This document shows positions 10,501 through 19,663 of a DNA stretch of 64,000 nt, piece after piece. The first letter of the stretch is position 1. Each line of letters begins with the position of its first letter. The stretch is from Acidobacteriota bacterium. GTDB lineage: Bacteria > Acidobacteriota > UBA890 > WLXD01. A program made the position numbers and the translations under genes. The notes under the pieces are model-generated. The model was not told where the DNA came from and did no database searches. It saw only the letters and a list, made by a program, of their open reading frames with translations. Where the stretch lies: assembly GCA_965205505.1 (NCBI GenBank), contig CBDBHB010000008.1:288001-352000 (forward strand), in the 5' to 3' direction.

Positions 10501-11880
10501 GACCGCGCCACGCAGCTTGCCCTGACGCTTCAGCTCACGCACGTAGCGATTGTTGCGCCCCATCAACACGAGGGGCCTGGTCTCCTCGTCGGGCTTCTCC
10601 AGCTGACTATCGAATCCCACCAGCGGGAAGGTGAGCCCGGTCGACTCGAGCCCGATGCGCGCGGCGAGCTCGGCAACACCGACGGCCGCGTAGTCGGCCT
10701 CCCGCACCCGCGCCGCCGGGATGACGATCATGGTGTCGGAGTCGTCCGGAACCTGATCGCCGTCGTCATCAGCAAGGAGTCCGTCCCGGGCAGTAAAGAG
10801 CTCCGTCAGGTCGAACGTCCGGCCACGTGCAGGTCCGCGCGGCGCGCCGGCGGGCGGGCCGGGAGGACCTCGCCGACGCGCCCGGCTCGACTCGCTGGTC
10901 TGGAAGCGCTGCGCCACCACGCGCGGCGGATTGAGGACACGACCGGGGACGCCGCGACGCGGCAGCTCGACATCGGCGCCGCCGTCGCCGAGGCGCACCA
11001 CGAGGCTACGAACACTGGCATAGCTGAGCCGGTCGGAATCGAGGCCCTGCAGATGACGGGCCCGTAGCCGCTCGAGCTCTCGGCGGGCCGTTGCGGCGTT
11101 CACACCCGCGTCAATGGTCATGACGAGACGTGCTGCCTCGGCGGCTCCTGTGGCGTATACCACCTCGTCGAAGGAGATCGATCCGGCCTCGACCGCCACT
11201 CCTTGATCCGCGAGCCAGCTCACCGCCTGGGCAGCGATCCGCCCATACATGTCGCCGTTCTGACGCCCGATCACCCTCCAGGTGTACGGGCTGCGGGAAG
11301 CAAAGGCCTCGGCGGCTAACTGCGTACCTTCGGGGTCCTTGCCGGCGATAACGACGAGGCTGTCGATGCGCGTGACGAGCCCCTCACCCTCTCCGAGCCG
11401 CGCGATCCGTGTGGCGACGCTCTCTGGTATTCCGGGGTGATCCCCGATGAGAAAGACCAGGCCAGTCGAGCCTGGGCTGGGGACGTTGCCCTGGGCTACG
11501 AGCGGGAAGCTGAGGCCAGCAGTCTCCAAGCCGAGCCGCGCGGCAACCGCAGCAGCAGCGGCAACCTCGCCGGAAGCCGGCTCGTCAGGAAGGAGGATCC
11601 GAGCGGAAACGAAGTCGACCTGATCGTCGCCGTTGCGATCCTGCAGTGCTAATCCGGGCTCGAACACAGCGGCGATGCCCCCGACCACCGTCGTTTGCGC
11701 CACGGCTTCAACCACCACCGCAGCGGACGTATGAGGAGGAACTCCGGCCATGACCGTCGGACCCGCCACGAACATGAGGAACAGGAGAGCCATGGGCCTG
11801 GTCTTCGTGTGCTCCCCCCGCCGACGCGCTCTGAGCCAGACCTTCACCCGCAATTCCCCAGATGGACGCTGTCGGGTCAC
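7517..11880 (-). CDS. Large secreted M14 zinc carboxypeptidase-domain protein, frameshifted near 9735
   Basis: Two track ORFs join as ...KERFQNEP/RWLNELYP...; C-terminal M14 motifs GRQHANE, NPDG, HAGRY, NPHGYP; duplicated N-terminal module with DRNGDDQVD and DDDGDQVPD; AGGAGG RBS before GTG 11880. Confidence 0.82.
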
Positions 11881-12006
11881 CCTACCCTCCTAAGTGTCGG
11901 AGAATACGCACGGCTGCGAACACCGAGACACTGCTTTCTCCAGGGCTCCCTGTCCAGTCGCCTAGCGATCAAGGTTCGCGACGTCAGATCGAGGCTCCGC
12001 CTGAGG

Positions 12007-15000
12007 CTACCAGTCGAACGAACGCGTGACCTTGAGGGTGAGCGAGCGGTCGTGGCGTCCGAAGCGGAGCCCATCGTAGGCGCCCGCCTGACGGTAGACG
12101 AGATAGATATCGTCGCCGATACGGTAGATGTAGCGCAGCCGGGCGAACACCGAGAGCCCGTTTGAAACGTTGCCGTACTGCACCAGCCCGTCGGTGAGCC
12201 AGCGATCCGAAAAGCTGTAGCTGGCACGCGCGTTGAGCACGTTGCTCGTGAAGCTGCCACCCGGCAGGTCGATCTTGTTGTAGCTGAAGGTGGGGGCGAT
12301 GAGCAGCCTCTCGCTGAGGCGAAACGTCAGCCCGGGCGACACCGTGACAATCGTACCGTCGTAGAACTCCCCGATATTTGCGTCGCCGCTCACGCTGATC
12401 CAGCGACCGCCAAAGGTGAAATAGAAAAGGTACAGGGTGTCGAATGTGTACTCGCCCGGCGCAATCGTCACGTCGGGGTGGATCTGGAAGGGAAAGTCGA
12501 GCCGCTCGAACGTGTTCGAGTAATAGGCGCCTATGCCGTCCCCCGACTCGGTGTTGAGGAAGCCGCCGTACCACGACTCGCGGCTGACGAGGTCGCCCCT
12601 GGTGTCGTGGAAGGTCGTGTAGTTGATATCGAAGTTCACCGACCGCAGCCAGGAGATATCGGGCCGTGGATTCCACGCGCCGCGGAAGGCTCGCTGCACG
12701 ACGTCGTCGCGCAGGACGAAGCCCAGATCGCTGCGGAAGTCGGGGTCGACGCGGATGACGTCGAAGCTGGCGCGCCACAGATCGCTCTGCCAGCCGACGC
12801 CGAACTGACCGGCGAACTTACCTTCCTCGACATCGTCGTCGCTAGCCCGGGCGCCGAAAGCGGAGATGTTGAGGTTGTCGAAGAAGGTAAAGCTGGCGTC
12901 GGCGCCGACAACCGTGTTGGTGGCCCCGTCCGGACCTTCGACGTTGGTTACCAGCGCACCCACGCTCGACCGGGCCAGCACGTCCTGACGCCAGCGCAAT
13001 GCCGTGAACCCCTGTCCGGTGCCAAACCCGGAGTCGTCCGTACGGACGTGGAGGAAGCCAACGCTGCCGCCGCCGATCTTGCCGGTCATCTTAGTGCCGA
13101 AGTCGATCGGGATCGGGACGCCCGAGGGCGACAGCCCGATGTTGCGCGAGTGGAAAAGCCGCAGCAACGGCGCGCCGAAGCCACCTCCACCGCTCGGCCC
13201 GAAACTGAAGTTGTTGGCGCCCTCGAGGAAGAAGTCGCGCTTCTCCGGGAAGAATAGTGAGAACCGCGTCAGGTTGACGCGCTGGTCGTCAAGCTCGACC
13301 TCGGCGAAATCGGTGTTGTAGGTCAGGTCAGCGGTCAAGTTCGAGGTGAGCTGAATCTTGAGATCGTCGATGCCGAACTGCTCGTCGACGTCGTTCGTAC
13401 GGCCGGGATCCTCGAAGAGCGAGGTAGCTGTGCCAAGGAAGTACGGCCGCAGCCGGAACCGCTGGGTCACCGAGAGATTCTGGAAGCCGCGCAGGTCGCC
13501 GGCCTGCGACACGGCGATGAAACGGAAGTCGCGCCGGTAATTGCTCCAGGCAACCTGCTCGTTCTTGCGGCGGATCTGGCGCTCGAAATCGACGCCCCAA
13601 TCGGCCAGGCCGGTGGAGAAGCGCAAGATCCTGAGAGGAATCACCAGCTCCGCCTCCCAGCCGCGTGAGGTGACTTGCGCGGCCGCCTCCCAAGCCTCGT
13701 CCCATTCGGAGTTGATCTGACTTTCGTTGCGGATGGTGGCGTCATAGCGAGCACCCAGCGGATTGACCGTGAACAGGAAGGCGCTGCGTCCGTCGTGGAA
13801 GGTATCCAGCACGACGCTGAACGTGTCATCCGAGCCGCCGCCACCTCCACCGCCGCCGAAAAACCCTCCGCCGCCGCCAAGCGCGTCGCGTCGCAGCTCA
13901 CTGGCAAGAATACCGCTCGGGTTCGTGTCGTAGGCGATCAGCCCGACGTAAAGGTTCTGGTCGTCGTACAGAATGCGCACCTCGGTGCGCTCGGACGCCG
14001 GCTGTCCTTCCCGCGGCTCGCGTTGCAGGAAGTCGGTGGCGACGTCGGCCAGGGCCCAACTGGCGTCGTCGACGATGCCGTCCATCACCGGAGCCTCAAC
14101 GGTACGTGTCACGGTCAGGTCGGGCGCCACACCGGGTGCTCGCGCCGATCGGGGTCGCGCCACTCCGAACGCCATCTCAGGAGCGCTGGGTGTGGGAATG
14201 CCGGTGTCTCCCGGGGCAGTCGAAAGCCTGGGAACGACGGCCGCCAAACTCCTTGGTCCCGTCGGGCGCCTGATGGAGTCGCTGGGAATGCTCGGCTGTA
14301 CTAGGAGGTACCCGGGACGGGGCGGCCCGACCGGCGGGTCGCTCGCAACGAACGGAGCTGGTGCCAGCGGCGGCACACGACCGGGATCCATGACCGGAGC
14401 ACCGGCGACCCGAACCGGAGTGTTCAGCGCATTCGTCACCACCATACGAACCGGGATGTATCTCCTCGGTGCCCGCGCAACCACGCTCAGAGGCGCTCGA
14501 CGGCCGCCGCCAGCCCCGGTCCCGGTCGGCCGCACCCTCGACGAACTGGCACGCGTGCTCGGTGCCACCATGCGGACCGGAATCGCACGCCGCCCGGCCA
14601 CCCGCTGCGTCGCGGGGGCCTCGGTCTTGGCCGAGTCGTCCGTGGCCAGCTCAAGCTTGGCGGATTCTGGCCTGGCCCGTTTTGGCCGCCCGGGTTCCCC
14701 CTTGGCAGATGCAGCTCGGGCGGACTGAGCCTGGCGCTTGCCTCCTCCGGAACCAGAGCCAGACGGGGTCGAAGCCTGCAGACGCGGACCCGCTCCGACC
14801 ACCAGCGCAATGCAGACGACAAGAACGAGTCTGGGCTTGTGCACGACGAGAGATTTCCGGGACCGTGTGGCGGCGACGAGGCTCTGCGTCACTACACTAC
14901 ATCGCGGGTGTGAGGGCACACACGACCTCATCTCGAGCGAAGAGCGAGCGGACGGCCAGATGCGGCCCCACTTGACCGCTGGGCTGCGGAGGCGGAATGT

Positions 15001-15171
15001 GCGAAGGGTCCGTAGTGTCCTCCGTCGTGCTTTCCGTCGGGTATGGTGAAGGCGGTCACTGGCTGCGTCGCGGTGGCACTCTGGTCGCTGCGACCAGGCA
15101 CCACTTACCCGGAGACGAAGGACCCTGACTTTTATCTCGAGCGAGGCATCGACGTCGATCGGAAGCTCCAC
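12007..15171 (-). CDS. CBM9-like + DUF5916 beta-barrel-type protein with long Pro/Arg/Ala-rich N-terminus (start uncertain, probably near 14900)
   Basis: PVMDGIVDDASW, TEVRILYD, LDTFHD, NPLG, YNTDFAEVELD, LFFPEKRDFFLEG motifs. Confidence 0.82.
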   Translation of the reverse strand: MELPIDVDASLEIKVRVLRLRVSGAWSQRPECHRDAASDRLHHTRRKARRRTLRTLRTFRLRSPAVKWGRIWPSARSSLEMRSCVPSHPRCSVVTQSLVAATRSRKSLVVHKPRLVLVVCIALVVGAGPRLQASTPSGSGSGGGKRQAQSARAASAKGEPGRPKRARPESAKLELATDDSAKTEAPATQRVAGRRAIPVRMVAPSTRASSSRVRPTGTGAGGGRRAPLSVVARAPRRYIPVRMVVTNALNTPVRVAGAPVMDPGRVPPLAPAPFVASDPPVGPPRPGYLLVQPSIPSDSIRRPTGPRSLAAVVPRLSTAPGDTGIPTPSAPEMAFGVARPRSARAPGVAPDLTVTRTVEAPVMDGIVDDASWALADVATDFLQREPREGQPASERTEVRILYDDQNLYVGLIAYDTNPSGILASELRRDALGGGGGFFGGGGGGGGSDDTFSVVLDTFHDGRSAFLFTVNPLGARYDATIRNESQINSEWDEAWEAAAQVTSRGWEAELVIPLRILRFSTGLADWGVDFERQIRRKNEQVAWSNYRRDFRFIAVSQAGDLRGFQNLSVTQRFRLRPYFLGTATSLFEDPGRTNDVDEQFGIDDLKIQLTSNLTADLTYNTDFAEVELDDQRVNLTRFSLFFPEKRDFFLEGANNFSFGPSGGGGFGAPLLRLFHSRNIGLSPSGVPIPIDFGTKMTGKIGGGSVGFLHVRTDDSGFGTGQGFTALRWRQDVLARSSVGALVTNVEGPDGATNTVVGADASFTFFDNLNISAFGARASDDDVEEGKFAGQFGVGWQSDLWRASFDVIRVDPDFRSDLGFVLRDDVVQRAFRGAWNPRPDISWLRSVNFDINYTTFHDTRGDLVSRESWYGGFLNTESGDGIGAYYSNTFERLDFPFQIHPDVTIAPGEYTFDTLYLFYFTFGGRWISVSGDANIGEFYDGTIVTVSPGLTFRLSERLLIAPTFSYNKIDLPGGSFTSNVLNARASYSFSDRWLTDGLVQYGNVSNGLSVFARLRYIYRIGDDIYLVYRQAGAYDGLRFGRHDRSLTLKVTRSFDW

Positions 15172-15451
15172 GAGCTACTGGTGAGGAACGGGCTCGACAA
15201 TCCTGAGCGACGAGGGGCTCGACCATGTGGCCGGGTACGCTCAGGGCGTCAGCCTGTTCCTTACCTTCGTTCTCGGCGATCCGACGCTCGTCGATAGGGC
15301 TCACGACCGGGGCCTCGCCGTTCACGCCTGGCAGGCATTCGAGGCGTTTCCACCGAGCGATTTCATTGATGAAGCGGCCTACATTCGGCACCTTCTGAAC
15401 GACATCGGGCTCGACGCCCTCTTCGTTCACGATCCCGGACTCTGTCCATGA
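15100..15451 (+). pseudogene. Glycerophosphodiester phosphodiesterase remnant
   Basis: YPETKDPDFY..GIDVDRKL in one frame and LVDRAHDRGLAVHAW...GLDALFVHDP in another; N-terminal catalytic part is absent. Confidence 0.6.
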
Positions 15452-15551
15452 GCCTCGAGGGTACCGGAGAGGCGACCGCCTGAAACGCCGCTTGCATGGC
15501 CTTCCAACGGGAGCAGTACTCGTTTTTGTTCACCCGTTTTGGGAGGTAAGA

Positions 15552-15875
15552 ATGGGCCAAGCTTCTTGGGAGCGCGGGATCCGAGAATCCAAGCGCCGTG
15601 CTGCTAGCTGTTTTCTCGTACTTCTACTGAGCCTCGTGGTTCTGTCTGTACCCGCGACGTCCTCGCTGGCGGGCACAGAATTGGCGCCGACGATGATTGC
15701 CAACGAGCAAAGCAGCTTGTTCTGGGTCGGGCTCGCTTACCTGACGGAGGACCGACGGGCGAGCGCCATGGTGGGCGTCGTGGGTGCGGTCCAGACGTCG
15801 ATCAACTCGGCGATCATCGGAGCCGTCTTCGGCGGCCCGGCGGGTTTCGCCGCGGGCGTGGGTTACGGGCTCTAG
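15552..15875 (+). CDS. Putative head-to-tail cyclized bacteriocin/RiPP precursor
   Basis: GGAGGT RBS; 107 aa; basic n-region plus hydrophobic h-region ending SLA, then a Gly/Ala-rich hydrophobic C-terminal core; first gene of a SpoIIM-Yip1-ABC operon. Confidence 0.7.
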   Translation: MGQASWERGIRESKRRAASCFLVLLLSLVVLSVPATSSLAGTELAPTMIANEQSSLFWVGLAYLTEDRRASAMVGVVGAVQTSINSAIIGAVFGGPAGFAAGVGYGL

Positions 15876-15904
15876 CAGGCCGTGGTGAAAGTGTGGTGGG
15901 TCTG
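15872..15904 (+). repeat. Isolated terminal repeat of the MITE-like family
   Basis: CTAGCAGGCCGTGGTGAAAGTGTGGTGGGTCTG, identical to 19380-19412; its TAG is the precursor stop codon. Confidence 0.9.
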
Positions 15905-15963
15905 TAACAGATCCGACTCAGGGGCGGAGCTCATCACCTGTGAGCCCGCCCCGAGGAGATTCC

Positions 15964-16560
15964 ATGGGGTGGCGTGGAACTCTAACTACAACAGCGAGAT
16001 CGTTGACCATGCCTGCAGTGACTGCGGCGCTACTCTGGGGAGCGTCAGCGACCGTCGGGGCAGGTCTCCTCATTGACTCGATCCCGATGGCTCAGAGCTC
16101 CGATTCAGCCACCGTGCTCGGCTTAGAGCGAGCCACCGTGTCGTTCCGGGTGATCCTGAAGCGCAACTTGTGGGTCTTCGGGATCAATATCGCAGGTGTG
16201 GCCAGTTTGGGAATCAGCACCCTTGGCTCTGTCGTTGCGAACGGGCTTCAAACAGGCATGGCGCTTGCCCAGGCGCACCGAGAAAATGTCGGCCTTCGGT
16301 CACTCGTCGCAGTGACTCTTCCCCATAGCCTCGAGCTTGTCGCGCTGTGGCTTTCAGCAGCTGTCGGGTTCCTCGGCCCTCGCCTGACGATGTCGTTTGT
16401 GAACAACAGCGAGCTGCCAACCTCACCCACGCCACAAACTCTTGCCCTGGTCGTGCTCGCACTGGCGGGGCTGATAGTCACGGCGGCCGCCTTGGAGGTA
16501 GGCGTGTCGTTGCCCGTAGCGGAGCTTCTTCGAAGCGCGGCGTCCGGGATCGGCTGGTGA
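15964..16560 (+). CDS. Stage II sporulation protein M (SpoIIM/DUF95) family membrane protein
   Basis: ILKRNLWV..G..SLG....NGLQTG and TLPHSLEL.ALWLSAAVG, C-terminal AAALE; GAGGAG RBS before ATG 15964. Confidence 0.82.
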   Translation: MGWRGTLTTTARSLTMPAVTAALLWGASATVGAGLLIDSIPMAQSSDSATVLGLERATVSFRVILKRNLWVFGINIAGVASLGISTLGSVVANGLQTGMALAQAHRENVGLRSLVAVTLPHSLELVALWLSAAVGFLGPRLTMSFVNNSELPTSPTPQTLALVVLALAGLIVTAAALEVGVSLPVAELLRSAASGIGW

Positions 16561-17114
16561 CTTTCGACGACGGGACCGACAGATTGCTATCCACACTCCT
16601 CGTTGTTGGCACAGCGCTCGTACAAGGTCAGATCTCAGCGACCGTCGCCAGCAGTGTCACCACTGTCGTGATTCCGGCCTGGGCGGCGCTCTTCGCGGGC
16701 TTCAACGGACTGATGACATGCGCTCTGGCGATCGTTTTCTGGCTACTCATAACCACCATCGCTCACATCATCTGCCTGGTCATGGATGGCCGCGGCGCTT
16801 ACGGTCGTTTCGTAGTATGCGCTGGCTACGGTTATCTCCCCTACTTCCTGACGACACTGATCACACTCGTGGCGGTGATCGACATCTCACCTCAGATCTC
16901 TGCGGCCCTAGAGTCGGGTGAGATGATCGGGGCTCCGTTACGCGCGCGGCTACGTTGGTACGGAGCACTCAACAACGCGGCGCAGGTGCTGTTGTTCGGC
17001 TGGGTGATAGCCGCGGCGCGGCGCGTCCACGGCGTCACGATGATTACGGGCGTGGTGAGCGTGCTGGTACCTGTCGGGGCTGTCCTTCTGGCCCGTGGCG
17101 TGCTCATCGCATGA
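16557..17114 (+). CDS. Yip1-like membrane protein
   Basis: About 5 TM; HIICLVMDGRGAYGRF...GYGYLP and RRVHGV pattern typical of Yip1; GTGA and ATGA overlaps with both neighbours. Confidence 0.72.
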   Translation: MTFDDGTDRLLSTLLVVGTALVQGQISATVASSVTTVVIPAWAALFAGFNGLMTCALAIVFWLLITTIAHIICLVMDGRGAYGRFVVCAGYGYLPYFLTTLITLVAVIDISPQISAALESGEMIGAPLRARLRWYGALNNAAQVLLFGWVIAAARRVHGVTMITGVVSVLVPVGAVLLARGVLIA

Positions 17115-17824
17115 GCGTCATCGCTCGGGCAGACACGACGCTTCGCTGTACGGACCTATCTCGGACCTATTGCAGGCGAGAGGTACTGCGCATCGACGAT
17201 CTGGTTATCAAGCCTGGCGAACGGGTCGCCGTCGTTGGTCCGAACGGCGCCGGGAAGACCACCTGGCTGCGGATACTCCTCGATCTGGTCCGACCAACCA
17301 GCGGAACAACCACCTTTGGTCTTCTCTCGCCGGAGCAGGCACGGCGCCAAGGCCTGGTAAGCGGGTACCTGGGCGAGGATTTTCTGATCCCCTATCTGAC
17401 GGCGGAGGAGTACCTGGCGTTCGTCGGCCGGTCCTTCGGATTGAGGACGGATGAGATTTCCACCGCCAGACAAGAGCTCGACGACCTCATCGGCTTCGTC
17501 GGGTCGACGAAGCTGATCCGCCAGCTCTCCACCGGTATGGGCCAGAAAATCGGCATCGCTGGTGCGCTGTTGGCTAACTCGCCGATCCTGATACTCGACG
17601 AGCCGTTTGCCAACCTTGATCCGCCATCTTGCTTGTCACTCATACGCCAGCTCAAGACACGCCACGCATCAGCGCACGCCACGCACATCGTGTCGAGCCA
17701 CAACCTCGAGTACGTTGCCGACATCGCAGACCGCGTCCTCCTGTTGGAGGAAGGTCGCATTACCTGGGACGAGACCGAGCACACCCAAGCCAGCTTGCGC
17801 CGGCACTTCATCCGGAACGCCTAG
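17111..17824 (+). CDS. ABC transporter ATP-binding protein
   Basis: Walker A GPNGAGKT, signature LSTGM, Walker B ILILDEP, H-loop SSH. Confidence 0.95.
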   Translation: MSVIARADTTLRCTDLSRTYCRREVLRIDDLVIKPGERVAVVGPNGAGKTTWLRILLDLVRPTSGTTTFGLLSPEQARRQGLVSGYLGEDFLIPYLTAEEYLAFVGRSFGLRTDEISTARQELDDLIGFVGSTKLIRQLSTGMGQKIGIAGALLANSPILILDEPFANLDPPSCLSLIRQLKTRHASAHATHIVSSHNLEYVADIADRVLLLEEGRITWDETEHTQASLRRHFIRNA

Positions 17825-17870
17825 CAGGCCGTGGTGAAAGGGTGGTGGGTCTGGCGACAGCGTCTTGCGA
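17821..17870 (+). repeat. Terminal fragment of the MITE-like family
   Basis: CTAGCAGGCCGTGGTGAAAGGGTGGTGGGTCTGGCGACAGCGTCTTGCGA matches the reverse complement of the right end at 19609-19658; TAG is the ATPase stop. Confidence 0.88.
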
Positions 17871-19357
17871 GGCGATGGTTGATCGAATCGCTCCTGCGGC
17901 ACGAGGCTACTCGTATTCGCCGAGGCGTCGGTTTCAACGCAATACGCCTCGTCATCCGGATCGGCCTGGCCGCGCTGCTGCTTCCACTCGTCGGGATGTG
18001 CTTCGCACTGGGGCTGGTGTGGGTTAAGGCGACATCTGAGCTTGGAATCGACGGAATCGCGTTTCTTTCCAAGTACGCCCTACCGTTCTTGACGATCTTG
18101 ACAACCGTTCGTGTGGCCTTCGACCGCGGCGTCGCACTCAACCCGCTTCCATATGTGGCATTGGCCCATTCGCGCCGCAGTTTGACGGGATTCGTGATCG
18201 TCCGATCACTGTTCAACAGGTACGCGTTGATTGTCTGTCTGTTCGCCGGCGGTTTGCTGATTGCGCCCCAGCTGGCAACGGGGAGCAGTCGGCAGGTGCC
18301 ACCGAGCTGGTTCATTGCGCTGGCCACAATCTGGATCGTTGGCGATCTCGCTGTGCACACACTGAGAACATGGCTCTTTCGGAGGTCCGTCGGCTACGTG
18401 ATTCTTACGGGGCTGGGTCTCGCGGCGGCATCGCTGGGCTGGCTATCGAATCTCTCGAGCGCCTACTTTGCCTGGGCAGAGACATCTCCAACGGCGGCAA
18501 TCTCAACGGGGCTCGCGGCCCTGGGCGCAGCTGTTTGGGCGGCGTACCTGAGCCTTGCAGAGTCGACCTATCTGGATACCGTAGCCATGACCGACGGTCG
18601 GCGGCCGTGGCCCTTCGCGGTTCATTTGTTGAGATCGGCCAACCCCGCAACTCGCTCCGCAGCGCTCTTGCTCTGCCTGCTTGCCCGGGTTCCCAAGGCC
18701 CGGACCACCATACTGGGCGGCGCCGTGATGACCGGAGCCGCTGTCTTCATCTATTGGCTCAACCCCGGCTACGGCGACAACAAGCTCATCGGCATGGGCG
18801 TCCTCGCAGGGTTCTACAGCAGCGGCAGCTTGGCCTTTTTCGTCGGGCAGCTGGGATTGAGCTGGCAGAGCAGCTTCTATGACCTTCTGGCGTACGCCGA
18901 GCGCGACGAGCGCGACGTCATCCGCGGGCAAATCGTGAGCCTTCGATCACTCGTGCTCATGCAGTACGCGCTCGCAGCGCTCCTGTTCACCGCAATCATC
19001 GACGGTGGACTCTTCGTCGTGACCAGCTTCGCGATCTTCAATATTGGCTGTGTGCCCCCGGTTTGTGTGTGGATCTCCCTCAGCAACTCTCGGCGAATCG
19101 ACCCCTACGAATCTTCTTTCTTCTCCCAGGAAGGAAGCTCCAGCGCCGTTGAATCGTCGCTGGGGACCGCTGTTCTCGTAGCGATTCCGCTTCTGCTGAG
19201 CTTCGCGGCGATCTCTTCGGAGATCGGGGGCCTCGTTGCCATCGCCGCCGCAGGCGCCGCCGGTATCGCCATAGGCCCCGCGATTGAACGGCGCCTCGCA
19301 TCGCTCTACAGGTCGCGGCGACACGTCCTCGCCCACCAGCTGAGACAGCGTTCCTGA
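17831..19357 (+). CDS. Polytopic ABC permease, DUF5687-like
   Basis: About 12 TM in two halves; NPLPYVAL..SR, GQLGLSWQSSFY, FNIG, RRID..ESSFFSQEG resemble DUF5687; real start may be TTG 17879 because 17831 lies in the repeat. Confidence 0.72.
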   Translation: MVKGWWVWRQRLARRWLIESLLRHEATRIRRGVGFNAIRLVIRIGLAALLLPLVGMCFALGLVWVKATSELGIDGIAFLSKYALPFLTILTTVRVAFDRGVALNPLPYVALAHSRRSLTGFVIVRSLFNRYALIVCLFAGGLLIAPQLATGSSRQVPPSWFIALATIWIVGDLAVHTLRTWLFRRSVGYVILTGLGLAAASLGWLSNLSSAYFAWAETSPTAAISTGLAALGAAVWAAYLSLAESTYLDTVAMTDGRRPWPFAVHLLRSANPATRSAALLLCLLARVPKARTTILGGAVMTGAAVFIYWLNPGYGDNKLIGMGVLAGFYSSGSLAFFVGQLGLSWQSSFYDLLAYAERDERDVIRGQIVSLRSLVLMQYALAALLFTAIIDGGLFVVTSFAIFNIGCVPPVCVWISLSNSRRIDPYESSFFSQEGSSSAVESSLGTAVLVAIPLLLSFAAISSEIGGLVAIAAAGAAGIAIGPAIERRLASLYRSRRHVLAHQLRQRS

Positions 19358-19379
19358 GACGGGCGCTCGCCCGACCCCC

Positions 19380-19658
19380 CTAGCAGGCCGTGGTGAAAGT
19401 GTGGTGGGTCTGGTTACGGCGAGTTGGGGCCAGGTGCAAGGCGGCCTGACACAGGCGATGCCCTAGCCATCGTCGAGGAAGGCCAACGCCGCAAATGGCC
19501 CCAAATCGCCGTAACCCTTCGGGCAACAGGGGGTTGCGCGCGTATGCTGCGTCGTTCCTCGTCAACGATGGGGTTACCATCGTCTCCTCCTCTCTCCTTG
19601 CCTCCACTTCGCAAGTCCCTGTCGCCAGACCCACCACACTTTCACCACGGCCTGCTAG
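19380..19658. mobile_element. 279-bp MITE-like element
   Basis: Perfect 34-bp terminal inverted repeats including CTAG at both ends; nested internal inverted repeats; no transposase; lies between convergent genes. Confidence 0.85.
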
Positions 19659-19663
19659 TGTCC

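Noticed and set aside
15882-16076. 64-aa Cys-containing ORF as immunity or second precursor gene
   Set aside because: Starts within the repeat, overlaps the SpoIIM gene and is neither cationic nor hydrophobic
19380-19637. Small ORFs inside the MITE-like elements (also 51956-52244)
   Set aside because: Products of the repeat sequence with no transposase motifs
15872-19658. 33-bp repeats as a CRISPR array or attC sites
   Set aside because: Copies are kilobases apart, one is inverted, there are no spacers, cas genes or integrase, and they match the ends of a TIR element
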